From Squalus acanthias (taxonomy: Eukaryota): a stretch of DNA of 64,000 bases. The notes under the pieces were generated by a model. It searched no databases and was not told the DNA's origin. It saw nothing but the letters and a program-made list of their open reading frames with translations. This document shows positions 50,100 through 62,012 of the stretch, one piece after another. Within the stretch, counting starts at the first letter, position 1. Every line of letters begins with the position of its first letter. The stretch is from assembly GCA_030390025.1 (NCBI GenBank), contig CM059432.1, positions 49,912,001 through 49,976,000 on the forward strand, read 5' to 3'. The position numbers and the translations under genes were made by a program.

Positions 50100-51424
50100 A
50101 TTAACCCCAGATCCCCGTTGCACACCACATCCCCATCATTCCATCCCTGCCGCAGGCCATATCACAGCGCAAAGCTGAAATGAGACACACCACAAAATCA
50201 TCCAAAGCTAATTAATAAATTTATCAATAATCAGTGAACACATATTTACAGCAATATTAGCTATTGACCCTTGTGCAATTCCTTAGTGCCCCTTGTTACT
50301 GTGCCTTTGCCTACTCTAAGGCTCCTATGAAGTGTTGGCCCAGTGGCTGCAGCAGGGCTGGTGGAATGCTGCTGAGTGTCCGTGTGGGAGACTTCAGATG
50401 GCCTTACAGGATGCCCTCGACCAGCTCTGGCTGTAGACTGCACCACCTCAGCATGGGCGGCAGCAGTCTGGGCTGGCTGAATGACAGGCAGCGACAAGGG
50501 CAATGGTGGAGTGCCAGTGGTGGGAGCAGGAATGCTGTCATCCTGAGAGAGGACAGCAGCTTCCTGCTCCACTGACCCACTGGCACTCCCCCGGGGGAGC
50601 ACCTCAGCATCACTGCCAATCTGCTGGAACAGTTTGCTGGCCTGCTGCTGGTTTGAGTGCTGGGCAGGACTTCTGTAATTTTGTGTGAAAAATGGCATTG
50701 TGGTCCTAATTGGATGTATTCATGAGGCTTCTGCCTGTTTCTGGTGGCGCCTCGGCTGACTAAACTAATTGCGCGGTAAAAATGACGGCCGACGTGACAG
50801 AGCGGTAAGTACTCTGCAGCGAATTTAACCGCCCACCAGCCCATTCCCGCTGGGTGGGCAGGGTTAAAGTCGCCCCTTCTGTTTTCTTGCACCTTAAAAT
50901 AGGGATGTTTTCGCTGTATCTTTTCCAAGAATATTTCTCATCCCACGCATAAACTTGTGATGCATCCTGTTGCCTGCATTGTGGCTGTTAACCAAGAGCC
51001 TTGTCACTTGCAATAATTGTTGTGTCAGAGAATGCATTCGTTCTTTGAGCAATTTTAGCCTGGCTTGTAGATCTGAAGAGGTGATTAGACTTCGTCTGTA
51101 AAAAGGATTTTGATGATAGAGGAGAGATACGTAGGAATAACTTATAATTTTCTGTTTGAAATCTTCCGGGTCAATACTGCTCATGCTAGTCGTGTACCAC
51201 CAATGCCGTCTGTGGTCACAGAAAAGTTCAGACTCAAGAATCTGAGGCCTAGAAATTCGTCTCGGATGGCAGTGCAAAATGGGCGGTATTGGATTGGCCG
51301 CCTATTATACACAGCGCCTGATATTCAGTTCCATTGACTAAAGGAATTTTAACCCCAAAAATCGGGTGGATTGGGGTCGGGTGGTACCTTAAAGGGTTAA
51401 AAAACTGTATCAGGAGTTAGGCTA

Positions 51425-54400
51425 TTAATTAAAAAGCAGGACCTCGAGGGTAATAATCTCTGGATTATTGCCTGAGCCACGTGAAGCCAGACAGAGCAGG
51501 AGAATTAACACGTGGCTAAAGGGCTGGTGTGGGAAAGAGGGGTTCTTTTCATGGGGCACTGGCACCAGTTTTGGGACAGGGAGGAGCTGTACCGATGGGA
51601 CGGGCTCCACCTGAACCGGGATGGGACCCGTGTCCTAGCGGAAAGGGTAAATAGGGAGGTGGCAAAGGCTTTAAACTAGTACGATGGGGGGAGGGATCTA
51701 CAAGAAATGTAACCAGCCTAATTATAAACAAAACAGGAAAAGAGAGCATAGGAAAGAATAAAGTAATGGAGGATGTCGTAAGAATGAGCCTTACGCGTGG
51801 TGAACTTAAAGTAAGCTTTAATCAACTAAAAAAGGTGCTACATACAAAAGAGGTCTTACTCTATGCCTCTCCAGGATCCAACTGATCAGTCCAGTATTTA
51901 TCCTGGACTAATCACAGGAAGTGATGCAATAAAGTTCGAGTCACAGGAAGCTGTATTGTGTTACCACAGAGGACATTTAAATCAAGGGAATAAATAGAGT
52001 TATAGAACAGGAGTCTAAAAAGATGGTTAAACATAAAGTGAGAGGAAATCCTATGAAAAATGAGTTAAACTGTCTGTACAGCAATGCACACAGTGTCCGT
52101 AATAAAACAGGGGAGCTGGAGGCAATCATGTGTTGCGAGGAACCAGACATAGTAGGGATTACTGAGAAATGGCTACAGAAAAATCAGAACTGGGAATTAA
52201 ATATTGCAGGGTATAACATGTTTAGAAAAGATAGAGAGGGAAAAAGGGGAGGTGGAGTAACTGTACTTATTCGGGATAACATAATGGCAGTAGAAAAAAG
52301 TGACGCAGCTATCAGCAAGACAAAAATAGAATCCATATGGATAGAGATAAAAGATAATAAAGGATGAATTACACTAATAGGTGTAGTCTACAGACCACCT
52401 AATAGTGGAAAGGAGGTGGAGGAAGAAATATGCAAACAAATTAGGGAAATGAGTAAAAAACATAGAATAATAATCATGGGGGATTTCAACTACCCCAATA
52501 TTAATTGGACAGAAGAGGTAGGTAAAGGGGATAAGGGAATGGAGTTCCTGCAATGTCTACAGGACTCCTTTCTAACCCAATATGTAAAAAGCCCAACAAG
52601 GGAGGATTTGCTATTGGAGCTAGTAATGGGGAATGAACCAGAGCAGATCAGAGAAGTAAAAGTAGGGGAACATCTAGGTAATAGTGATCATACTATAATA
52701 CGCTTTAAGATGATAATTGAGAAGGACATAAGTATGACGAAAACCAGGGTAATAGATTGGAGAAAAGCTGATTTGAGGGGCTGAGAATAGAACTTGGGAA
52801 AATAAAATGGGCAACAATATTGGCAAACAACGATGTAGAACAGCAATGGAAAACATTTAAAACGGTGTTCAACAGAGTGCAGGAACAATATAATCCGCTA
52901 AAAGGAAAGAACAAACTAAACACTAATGAGGCTCCATGGATGAGTAAAGCCATAAGGGACCAATTGAGGGTAAGGAAAGAGGCATACATTAAGTACATAG
53001 ACAGCAGGGGAGTGCATGATAAGAGAGAATATGAAGAGATTAGGAGAGAAGTCAAGAAAACAATTAGGAAGGCAAAGACGAACTATGGAATTAAATTATC
53101 AAGGAACATAAAACAAAATAGCAAAATATTTTACAGGCACATCAATAAAAAAGGAAGGTTGGGATGGGAATAGGGCCATTAAGGGATAGACAGGATAATA
53201 CCACAGGTAATGAATGATAGAGAGATGGCAGAAATATTAAATAATTATTTTGCTTCAGTATTTACCAGTGCGATAGAACAGGTGGACATGACATTGGATG
53301 ATGAAATTATTAATGAGATAAGTGCATTTAAAATAAAAAGAGGGGATATATTAAATAAACTAATCAAACTCAAAGAGGATAAAACCTCTGGTCCAGATGA
53401 TTGCATCCACGCATTTTAAAAGAATCTAGGGAAGAGATAGCAGAGGCATTACTACACATATTTAATAATTTGCTAGCAAAAGGTGTAGTGCCAGAGGACT
53501 GGCAGATAGCTAATGTAATACTTATATTTAAGAAGGGGGATAGAACATGTCCAGGGAATTATAGACCAGTCAGCTTAACATCGGTGATAGGAAAAATAAT
53601 GGAATCCCTACTAAAGGAGAAAATAGAAGCATATCTAGAAGCCAAAAACATAGTAATGAATAGTCAGCATGGATTTCAAAAGGGAAAGTCTTGCTTGACC
53701 AACCTCATTGAATTTTTTGAAGAGGTAACAGAGAGAGTAGACAATGGTAATGCAGTAGATGTAATTTATATAGATTTTCAAAAGGACTTCGATAAGGTAC
53801 CACATAGACAAATGAACAAGGTCAGAGAATGCGGAGTCAGGAGACAAGTAGCAGAATGGATTGCTGGCTTCAAGACAAAGCAGAGAGTCAGGGTAAAGAG
53901 TAGCTATTCACAATGGCAGAAGGTGGGTAGTGGTGTTCCACAAGGATCAGTGCTGGGACCACTGTTGTTCACAATTTATATTAACGATTTAGACTTTGGA
54001 ATCAAAAACACAATTTCTAAATTTGCAGATGACACCAATTTGGGGGGGTGGTGGGGGATAGTCAATACTGAGGAGGACTGCTACAAATTACAGGAGGACA
54101 TTAATAAACTTGCAGAATGGACATATAATTGGCAAATGAAGTTCAACACAGATAAATGTGATTATTGATGTGCCTGTAAAATATTTTGCTATTTTGTTTT
54201 ATGTTCCTTGATAATTTTGGTAGGAAGAATAGGGAGGTCAGTTATTACTTGGAGGGTGCGAGTCTAGGTGGGGTACAGGAACAAAGGGATCTCGGAATAC
54301 AAATACACAGATCACTAAAAGTTGCGACACAGGTTAGCAAGGCCATAAAAAAAGCAAATCAAGCACTAGGGTTTATTTCTAGAGGTATAGAATTGAAAAG

Positions 54401-55006
54401 TAGGAACTTTTGCTAAACCTGTATCGAATCTTGGTTGGACCACACTTAGAGTACTGCGTTCAGTTCTGGTCGCCATATTATAAAAAGGATATAGAGGCAC
54501 TGGAGAGGGTGCAGAGAAGGTTTACAAGGATGATATCAGAAATGCGAGAGTATACATATCAGGAAAGGATGAACAGGCTGGGTCTCTTTTCTCTTGAAAA
54601 AAGAAGGCTGAGGGTTTACCTAATAGAGACCTTTAAAATTATGAAAGGTTTTGATAGAGTGGATACAGAGAGAATGTTTCCACTTGTGGAGAAGAGCATA
54701 ACTAGAGGCCATCAGTATAAGATAGTCACCAAGAAATCCAATAGGGAATTCAGAAGAAACTTCTTTACTCACAGAGTGGTGAGAATGTGGAACTCGCTTC
54801 CACAGGGGGTGGTTGAAGCGAATAGTATAGATGCATTTAAGGGGAGGCTAGACAAACATATGAGGGAGAAGGGAATAGAGGGTTATGCTGATAGATTTAG
54901 ATGAGGAAAGATGGGAGGAGGCTCAAGTGGAGCATAAACGCCGGCATGGACTGGTTGGGCCGAATGGCCTGTTTCTGTGCCGTATATCCTATGTAATCCT
55001 ATGTAA
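51425..55006 (+). mobile_element. CR1 LINE with ORF1 SGNH-esterase C-terminus and full-length disrupted ORF2
   Basis: 51425-51679 translates with a frameshift to SRVIISGLLP...FWDREELYRWDGLHLN. ORF2 pieces 52023-54904 carry GDFN, SDH, GVPQGSVLGP and FADD. Tail (ATCCTATGTA)2. Confidence 0.95.
51774..51968 (-). mobile_element. Solo LTR, 195 bp, inside CR1
   Basis: TGTCGTAA ... TTACCACA with exact 5-bp TSD GAGGA. TATA-like and ATTAAA signals suggest minus orientation. Confidence 0.85.
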
Positions 55007-56218
55007 TTATTTTTACCCTGTTTAACTCCTCGGCTATCATATTTTGCATCCTATACAACAATAGAGCATTCCTACTTCACAAGTAGGACAGAAACACACC
55101 ATAAAAGTACAGTTGCTTTGATATCGTCAAGCAAACAAACTATCTCAGAGTGTAGTGACGACAACTAATTACATACAGATTATTTTCTGCAAAGTAACAA
55201 TTCTATATCTGTAGTACATTCCTGGTTGTCACAGTAATGTCTTTTCATTTGTGTCTTCAGTATCTTCTTCTCCTTCTCCATGTCTTTCAAACTCAGATCA
55301 GATGTGGAATGAGCCCTTCAGCATAGTGGCCTCTCTGCCTTTGGGTATCATTGTAACTGTTCTAGAATGTTGAGTACCGTTTTTCTCCTGGGATCCTGAC
55401 ATTGCATTATTCATATGGCTTGTGCCCTGACTGGTACCAGCTATGAAATCATAATATACTCCTCCGTGCTTCTTTTGCATATGTATCCATTCAGAATAAT
55501 GCACCATTGTAATACCATTGTAATATAAATTCATCACACACAGAGCACTGGTTGAATATGTGTTCACCAGTCCTCCGTATTGATGCATAATCCCTCCCTA
55601 TTGATGCATAATCCCTCCCCATGCATCAGTAGAACAGGACTAGCTGTTTTCATTACCGTGATTGAGCATGATAAAACAAATTGATTCTCATTGCTTTGAC
55701 TGTCATTAATTTAGACCTGGACTGGGTTTGACTAAAAAATCCAGATAAGTCTGCCACGTTATGATTTGGTAATTGCTGCCAAGCTAAAATTAATTGGATC
55801 CACCTCTCAGTAATTGGCTTAATTGCTGTTGTTAAGCTACTAGTGTTAAAACGTTACCACACTATTAAACCCATGTGGGAAAATCAAAGCGCTATTATTA
55901 CTGCCCAGCATTTACACCAGACATCTGCATGGGGTTAGGTTGGGATTAACAGCTATCACTAGGGAATTATCAACCTCTATAGTTTTTAATAGCAATGCTT
56001 TTTTTTTTCAAAGCAGTATTACTTAATTACGTGATTGCATTCATGCTTAGAATTATGATGTGCAAAGAATGATGATCGTGATGATTTTAAAGTTAAGCAA
56101 AAGTAAATAAAACAAGGAAACACAGCTTATAAGGCACACTAACCTAGTAAAGGTAGCTGTAACATTTTATTTCTGTGCTAGCAAATAGAAATCCAAAGAA
56201 GCAAATGCTGTATATATA

Positions 56219-56849
56219 GGGGTAGAGTTTCCGCTTTGGGCACAATCGGCAATTTTGGCTCAAATTGTGCCCCAAATTACGCCTGTTTTGAAAAGTGTTT
56301 TTTATTCCCTGAGTTTCCACTCAAATTAATTTGCATGTCGCTGAATGCAAAATCTGTCATGAACCAACGCAATCGGGCAGCGTTCTAAAACGTAATTTAA
56401 AAAAAAAACATTTTGCTTTAAAAACATTCCTTGATATATTTAAGTGTGGTAATTTGGTAAAGTTTGATTAATATAGCTGAAAGTGGGTTTATCACAAAAA
56501 GATAGGCATTTTTAATCACAGTGTCAATCCACCACCTGTGAGTTACCCAATTTTAAATTACTGAAAATTACTTAAAAAAAATAGACAAAACCTCCTTGAA
56601 GGCCTGCAAATGAGCGCAATTAGCGGAAACTCCCAATGGGGATTAATTCATCCTGGGGGTGTGGCCAGTTTCGTGGGTGGGGCCTGCTTCTAGCGTGATG
56701 TTTTCAACACTAGCACAAAAGATCGCAGAAACTTGAGTTGCGCTGAACGCAATTTGCGCTTAAAATTTTGCGAACCTTTGCGCCAGTTACGCCGCTATCG
56801 GGTGAATTGAGCTGAAAAAGCCAGCCCAATCGAGCGGAAACTCCAACCC
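56219..56849. mobile_element. Harbinger-type MITE
   Basis: TIRs GGGGTAGAGTTTCCGC ... GCGGAAACTCCAACCC with TSD ATA. Confidence 0.88.
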
Positions 56850-57018
56850 ATATGTTCGTGTACACTCTTTACTCCTCTTTGAAAATTTGTTCATCTTCAT
56901 CCTATCCTGAAGAAAGGTGATCCCTGTTCTCCTTCCAATAATTGCATTATTGCTCTCATAAGGTAAGCTTTGTGAGGTCCTATGCAGCTGGTGAGGGTTG
57001 CACACAGCCAGCACATAA

Positions 57019-57486
57019 AAAAGAAAGAAAGACTTGCATTTATATAGCGCCTTTCATGACCACCGGATGTCTTAAAGCGCTTTACAGTCAATGAGGTACT
57101 TTTGGAGTGTAGTCACTGTTGTAATGTGGGAAACGCGGCAGCCAATTTGCGTACAGCAAGCTCCCACAAATAGCAATGTGATAATGACCAGATAATCTGT
57201 TTTTTGTTATGTTGATTGAGGGATAAATATTGGCCAGGACACCGGGGAGAACTCCGCTGCTCTTCTTCGAAATAGTGCCATAGGATTTGTTACGTCCACC
57301 TGAGAGAGCAGATGGGGCCTCAGTTTAACATCTCATCCGAAAGATGGCAGCTCCAACAGCGCAGCACTCCCTCAGCACTGCACTGGAGTGTCAGCCTAGA
57401 TTTATGTACTCAAGTCCCTGGAGTGGGTCTTGAACCCACAACCTTCTGACTCAGAGGTAAGTGTGCTACCCACTGAGCCACAGCTG
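57019..57486 (-). mobile_element. tRNA SINE with L2-type tail (DeuSINE-like), full-length
   Basis: A box TGGCTCAGTGG, B box GGTTCAAGACC, tail AAAGGCGCTATATAAATGCAAG(TCTT)n and TSD ACATAA. Confidence 0.88.
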
Positions 57487-57853
57487 ACATAATCATAAAA
57501 ATGTGGGGGTGCTGCTCGCAAATTTCTGTTAAATGAAACTCAGCAGATGGAAATTCACAGGCAGAGCCCCTGAATTTTACAAAATGCAAAGTTCCGCAAG
57601 ACATTACAAAATTGACCCTTATATCTTTCATTTCTAAAGTTACAGAAGTGCTTGTTAACCAACTTATCCATCAGCTTGATTGTCAGTCGGGGTTTTGGCC
57701 TTGCCATTCTACAGATGATCTTACTGGCTGCAGCATACACTTTTTTTATGGCTTGGGAAATAACTAACAGAACTTTGTTATTTAAGAAACAATCAAGAGA
57801 CATATTTTGGTGATTAATTTGCTATAGTTTGTACAATCCCAAAGCCTTTTAAG

Positions 57854-59244
57854 TGAAAGGATTATTACTAGTCCTAGCCCCTTTCGGGCTACCCCAGATC
57901 AGGAGTATTCCCCAGACGTTCACCTTCAACTAAAGTTAGAGGTAGCCGGATCCTAAAGACACTTAATTGGGTCTAAAGGTCCAGACTATCTCTCCCTAAA
58001 GAAAAGGAATGATCTGAAGATGTTACTGTCCTCCAGATAGCACTTTTAATAAGTTTAGCTAGACTGTAACCTTCCGGATATTATGAGGGTCCGGAAAACT
58101 CCCCCAGAATTTTGCAACTCCTCACCAAAGAGTGTACAGAGATTGAGTTTGCGAGTTTGATACAGAAGTATTATGTGAGACAATTCTAAAATAATATAGA
58201 TTTATTAAAGAACCGACATGTAATTACAGTTGGTGATTCAATCGCAACTTTAACAATTCCAAATACAAAAAGCTTACAATTCTTTTCATCAGAGATCCTT
58301 ATTCTCAAATCTTAACTTTGTTACATTTTTACATTTCTTAGTTTATTCCAGAATATCCACCAAAATCAAATACCTTGATCCCCGAGACTCAAAGAGTTGA
58401 AAACTTACAGAGCTTGCCTCTGAAGTCTGAGAATCGCTTTGCCCCTTCCAGCGAATTCTGTCTTCCTATTTGAAAATCCAATCTTTATACTCTTTCTCAG
58501 TGGTATATCCTTTGAAGTTTTCTGCTGATGTAAGCTAATTATCTCTAGTCATTTTTCTGTTGACACCTTCTATTCTTACAGTCAGTTCAGCTTATAGCTT
58601 TCAGACTCGTGTCTCTCCTTTAGGTGTTTCAAGTTCATCATAAAAAACGGTTGTAACAGATGTATCTATTTGATGTCATTCTCACAAAGGTCCTCTATTC
58701 AATTCTTAAGTCACCTCAGCTGATTGTATTACAGACTTCGTGTCTCCTAGGTGTTCTAAGTTCAACACAAAAACAATGTGATGGTTGTTGCATCTATTGA
58801 TGTCATATTTATGAAAGTCTTCTGTTTGTATCTTTTTACAACATGTAAATTAAAAACACCTCAACCGGGTATCTCATTGTCCCCCTAGCCACCTCAACTG
58901 GTTGTATTCAGACTCACGTCTCCATGTTTCATTTGATGTCATATTTATGAAGGCATATGTTTCTTTAATTTATGTGATTCATTTTGAAGTGTTGATTTAT
59001 GACACCTAAACAGGGTATGGCTATTGTGTTCTTTCCAAGGCTTCAGACTTTCTGGAAGCTCTAACCCTCTGCTTCAATAGGGCTATTGTTCCAGTGTCAA
59101 CAACTTATCTTATCTCAAAAGCCTATATGGTGTTTACAGCTTTTCCTTGTTGAGGCTTCCAGATTCCAAGCCCAGTTTTTCATGTTTTAATCAGAATTAT
59201 TTCATAGGATGGTGTATTTTTCTGAATATGGCTATTCCTTCACA
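57854..59244 (-). mobile_element. Solo LTR, 1391 bp, with internal degenerate repeats of about 130 bp
   Basis: TGAAAGGAT ... ATTCCTTCACA with exact 4-bp TSD TAAG. Minus-strand TATAAAG (about 58487) and AATAAA (about 58203). Repeated CAGACT..GTGTCTC...TTGATGTCAT blocks at 58590-58980. Confidence 0.8.
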
Positions 59245-59341
59245 TAAGTACCATCCACTTTTAAGCAAATTACCATTGTACGGTCTTTCAACAAATGTAT
59301 GTTTGTAGTTATAAGTTTTCTTTTAAATTGTGTATCTGTGC

Positions 59342-59990
59342 TGTAGCTAATTGTTCAGATGAAACACTCTATCCACGTGAGACAGTGGTGCAAGTGTATC
59401 TCCTGCAAACTAATATACTGAATGCACAGCTCACACTGAGCTGTCCGTACTGGGGACACCAATTGCATATTAGGTGACCACTTTGCTGAACATTTCTGTC
59501 CTGTGATAAGCATGATCCTGATCTTCCTGTGGCTTGGCAGCTCAAACTCCCCTCCACGCTCACTCCAACTTTTCCATGTTTTGCCTCCAATAGAGCTCAA
59601 TGCACAATTCAGGAGCAGTAGCTCCTCTTCCTCCTGGGCAATCTTCATCCCTCTGATCTGAAAATTAACTTGAACAGCTTAAGATCTTTGTCGTCTCTCC
59701 AATATTGCTCTGGACCCTTCCATTTGTATTCAACTGACTTCGCTTTGATTTTGGATTCATGTTCGACTCATCTTATTCATTCCAAGGCCTTTTGGAAAAA
59801 ACAGCTTTGCTGAAAAGAGTGTTTCATCTGAACAATCAGCTACACCAAAATGTTTTTTGATCTTTCAAGTGCTGACTTACTTGCTATGCATTTAGATTTT
59901 TTTATTCCAATTCAGTAAAACGTGCTTTTCATATTTTCTTTTCCAACATATTTCAATGTTCTGATCTACACAACTATATTTGTGCTCACC
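59342..59990 (+). mobile_element. Old Penelope-like element (GIY-YIG C-terminus) with inverted terminal segment
   Basis: TGDTNCILGDHFAEHF...KHDPDLPVA on the plus strand. 59342-59370 is an inverted copy (28/29 identical) of 59816-59844. Confidence 0.7.
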
Positions 59991-61036
59991 CATTTACTTA
60001 TGGGATTAAGAGGTGTTAACTTGTGACTATTACTATTAAGTTGAGCTTAACTCCCCATCAACTAAGGGCAGTCCTGTTGCTAATTGGAAAATGATATTTC
60101 TGCACATGCAGTAGTTAAAGGTATTAACCGACAAATAACTCTACAAAAGACTTTAATGCCCAAGAGGCGGAAAACAACCCTCATATTTCAAAATGTTATG
60201 TTTTGTAAGTTAATCCTACTGTGCTAATCATAGATTCCAAATAATTTTCAGGCTTCTGCAGGTAAAGGATCAATTGTCTCATATAATAAGAATTAATTTG
60301 TAAAACTTAGCAGCACGAAAAGCAACTCACAAGAATAAATATTCTTGAAATTTCTGATGGAGGACTGGAAGCGGAGGAAGGTGTTAGTCGCCTTTATGCC
60401 GAGCCTTCTGGGAAACACTCAGAATGTTATCACTGGCTACAGATTTCAAATGTTCGTCCTTTTTATCTACAACTCTGGCTTTGCACAATGAATCTGAGAG
60501 ATATTTTCTGGATCATGGCCTGAAAATGATGATGTCTATAAATATAAGCAATGTGCAATTGTGAAGTTATGTATAAATTGTTATGTGAAAAGAAGTGCTG
60601 GTCGATAATTTCCATGCTGGGTATGTAACACTCCATCAGTTATTAACGTTGTGAGCATGTATGAACAGGATGCTAAAGATATGTGCTTTACGTTATGATC
60701 AGCCAATGATGTTCCTGTTTGCGACACCTTATAGCATGTGTACTAAAGCAAAAGGTATTTCCCTCCACCTGAAGCAAGGCCAGGAATATGAACAAATACA
60801 AATTTAAGCCATATGAAATCATGCATATACAGGCCAAAGACATTACAATTATGAGCTGCACTGGGTGTCAGCAAGAAGTCAGAATGTAATAAGCTTCTGT
60901 CTAACATCTTAAACCAAATTTTTTAAAGAGAAGTGTGATATAACAGACTCAGAAATGTTCTATTATTTAGGTAATAACTAGCAAATTTCACAAAAAATGG
61001 TGATTAGACAAAATCTTCCTGTTATGCTTACATTAT

Positions 61037-61333
61037 CCACATAGTCCAAAAATGTGTGGGTTAGGTTGATTTGGCTATGATAAATTGACCCTTAGTGTTA
61101 GGGGGGATTAAATATGTGGGGTTATGGGGATAGGATGGGATATGTTAGGGGGAATTAAATACGTGGGGTTACGGGGGTAGGGTGGGATATGTGTACTGTG
61201 GGGATTAAAGCAGGGACAGGGTACTGGATTTGGATGATCAGCCATGATCGTATTGAATGGCGGAGCAGGCTCGACGGGCCGAATGGCCTACTCCTGCTCC
61301 TAGATTCTATGTTTCTATGTTTCTATGTTTCTA
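61037..61333 (+). mobile_element. 5'-truncated HE1-like V-SINE
   Basis: Almost identical to 15773-16054, with a TTTCTATG repeat tail. Confidence 0.9.
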
Positions 61334-61349
61334 TTATTACTGACACGTA

Positions 61350-61478
61350 GAGGTCAATTTTCACCTTCACTGTTTGGGCGGTAAACCGGCAGGACGGATT
61401 ACTCACCCATTATAGAAAGAACCTGATTTTCATTTCCATTGGTTTATCACCCAAACGGTGAAGATGAAAATTACCTCC
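61350..61478. mobile_element. Tiny hairpin MITE (129 bp)
   Basis: Inverted repeats of about 38 bp, GAGGTCAATTTTCACCTTCACTGTTTGGGCGGTAAACC / GGTTTATCACCCAAACGGTGAAGATGAAAATTACCTCC, with flanks GTA/ATA. Confidence 0.75.
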
Positions 61479-62012
61479 ATAGTGACCAAAAAAAACCTAG
61501 AGTGAATATTGACACCACTGCGTCAGCCAATGAGTTGGAAGCAGGGCAGGACTTGTGGTTTACATAGTCTCCAAACTCATGACCGAGATGACAGCAAACA
61601 GAGTCTCCCGAGTACAGCAGGATTATTTCTCTAGCAAAATGCAGTGAGTGGAGGATAGTTACATAATACAAATTCATGCGCATAAAATCAATCCCAGTTA
61701 CTTACAGCAGTGTGGTCTCCAGACATGATTGACGGGAGAATTACCCGATCATCTCCATTCTGGCCAAGACTTGTGGTGTCACTATATGCAGCCAAAAAAA
61801 ATCCTCCCCCTTCCCGTCTCATAAGTTAGTTAGAGGAGCATTTAAGACTAATGTTATGTAAGTACATATGTATCTAGCAGGGGGAGCCTATTCCTGGATA
61901 TACCTCTGCCATTCAGTTGATAAAATCTTTGACTGAGATGTGGAGGATCAACAAATTGGAACATTTGCTGCTGAAACAGGATCTGAATAATGATAAATAT
62001 AGAGACAAATTT

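Larger units (their letters stand above)
48066..50876. mobile_element. Harbinger transposon with deleted Myb gene, interrupted by CR1
   Basis: Left end GCGGAAGAAATT and right end TTAAAGTCGCCCC. Contains a plus-strand transposase and the 3' end of a Myb exon 3 on the minus strand (50261-50650). Confidence 0.75.

Noticed and set aside
49834..50178. Poly-Glu ORF
   Set aside because: It is a chimera of antisense CR1 and the acidic tail of the Harbinger transposase.
55298..55588. 96-aa minus-strand ORF
   Set aside because: No recognisable domain, the start lies in a small tandem duplication, and there is no convincing splice context.
59355..59660. Minus-strand ORF or exon (MKIAQEEEELLLL...)
   Set aside because: It is the antisense of a decayed Penelope GIY-YIG region on the plus strand.
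59342..59844. DNA transposon with 29-bp TIRs
   Set aside because: There is no TSD and the interior is Penelope-like. An inverted pseudo-LTR explains it better.
61471..61683. Exon ending at GAG|GTAATT (61474)
   Set aside because: The apparent donor lies within the terminal inverted repeat of the MITE at 61350-61478.
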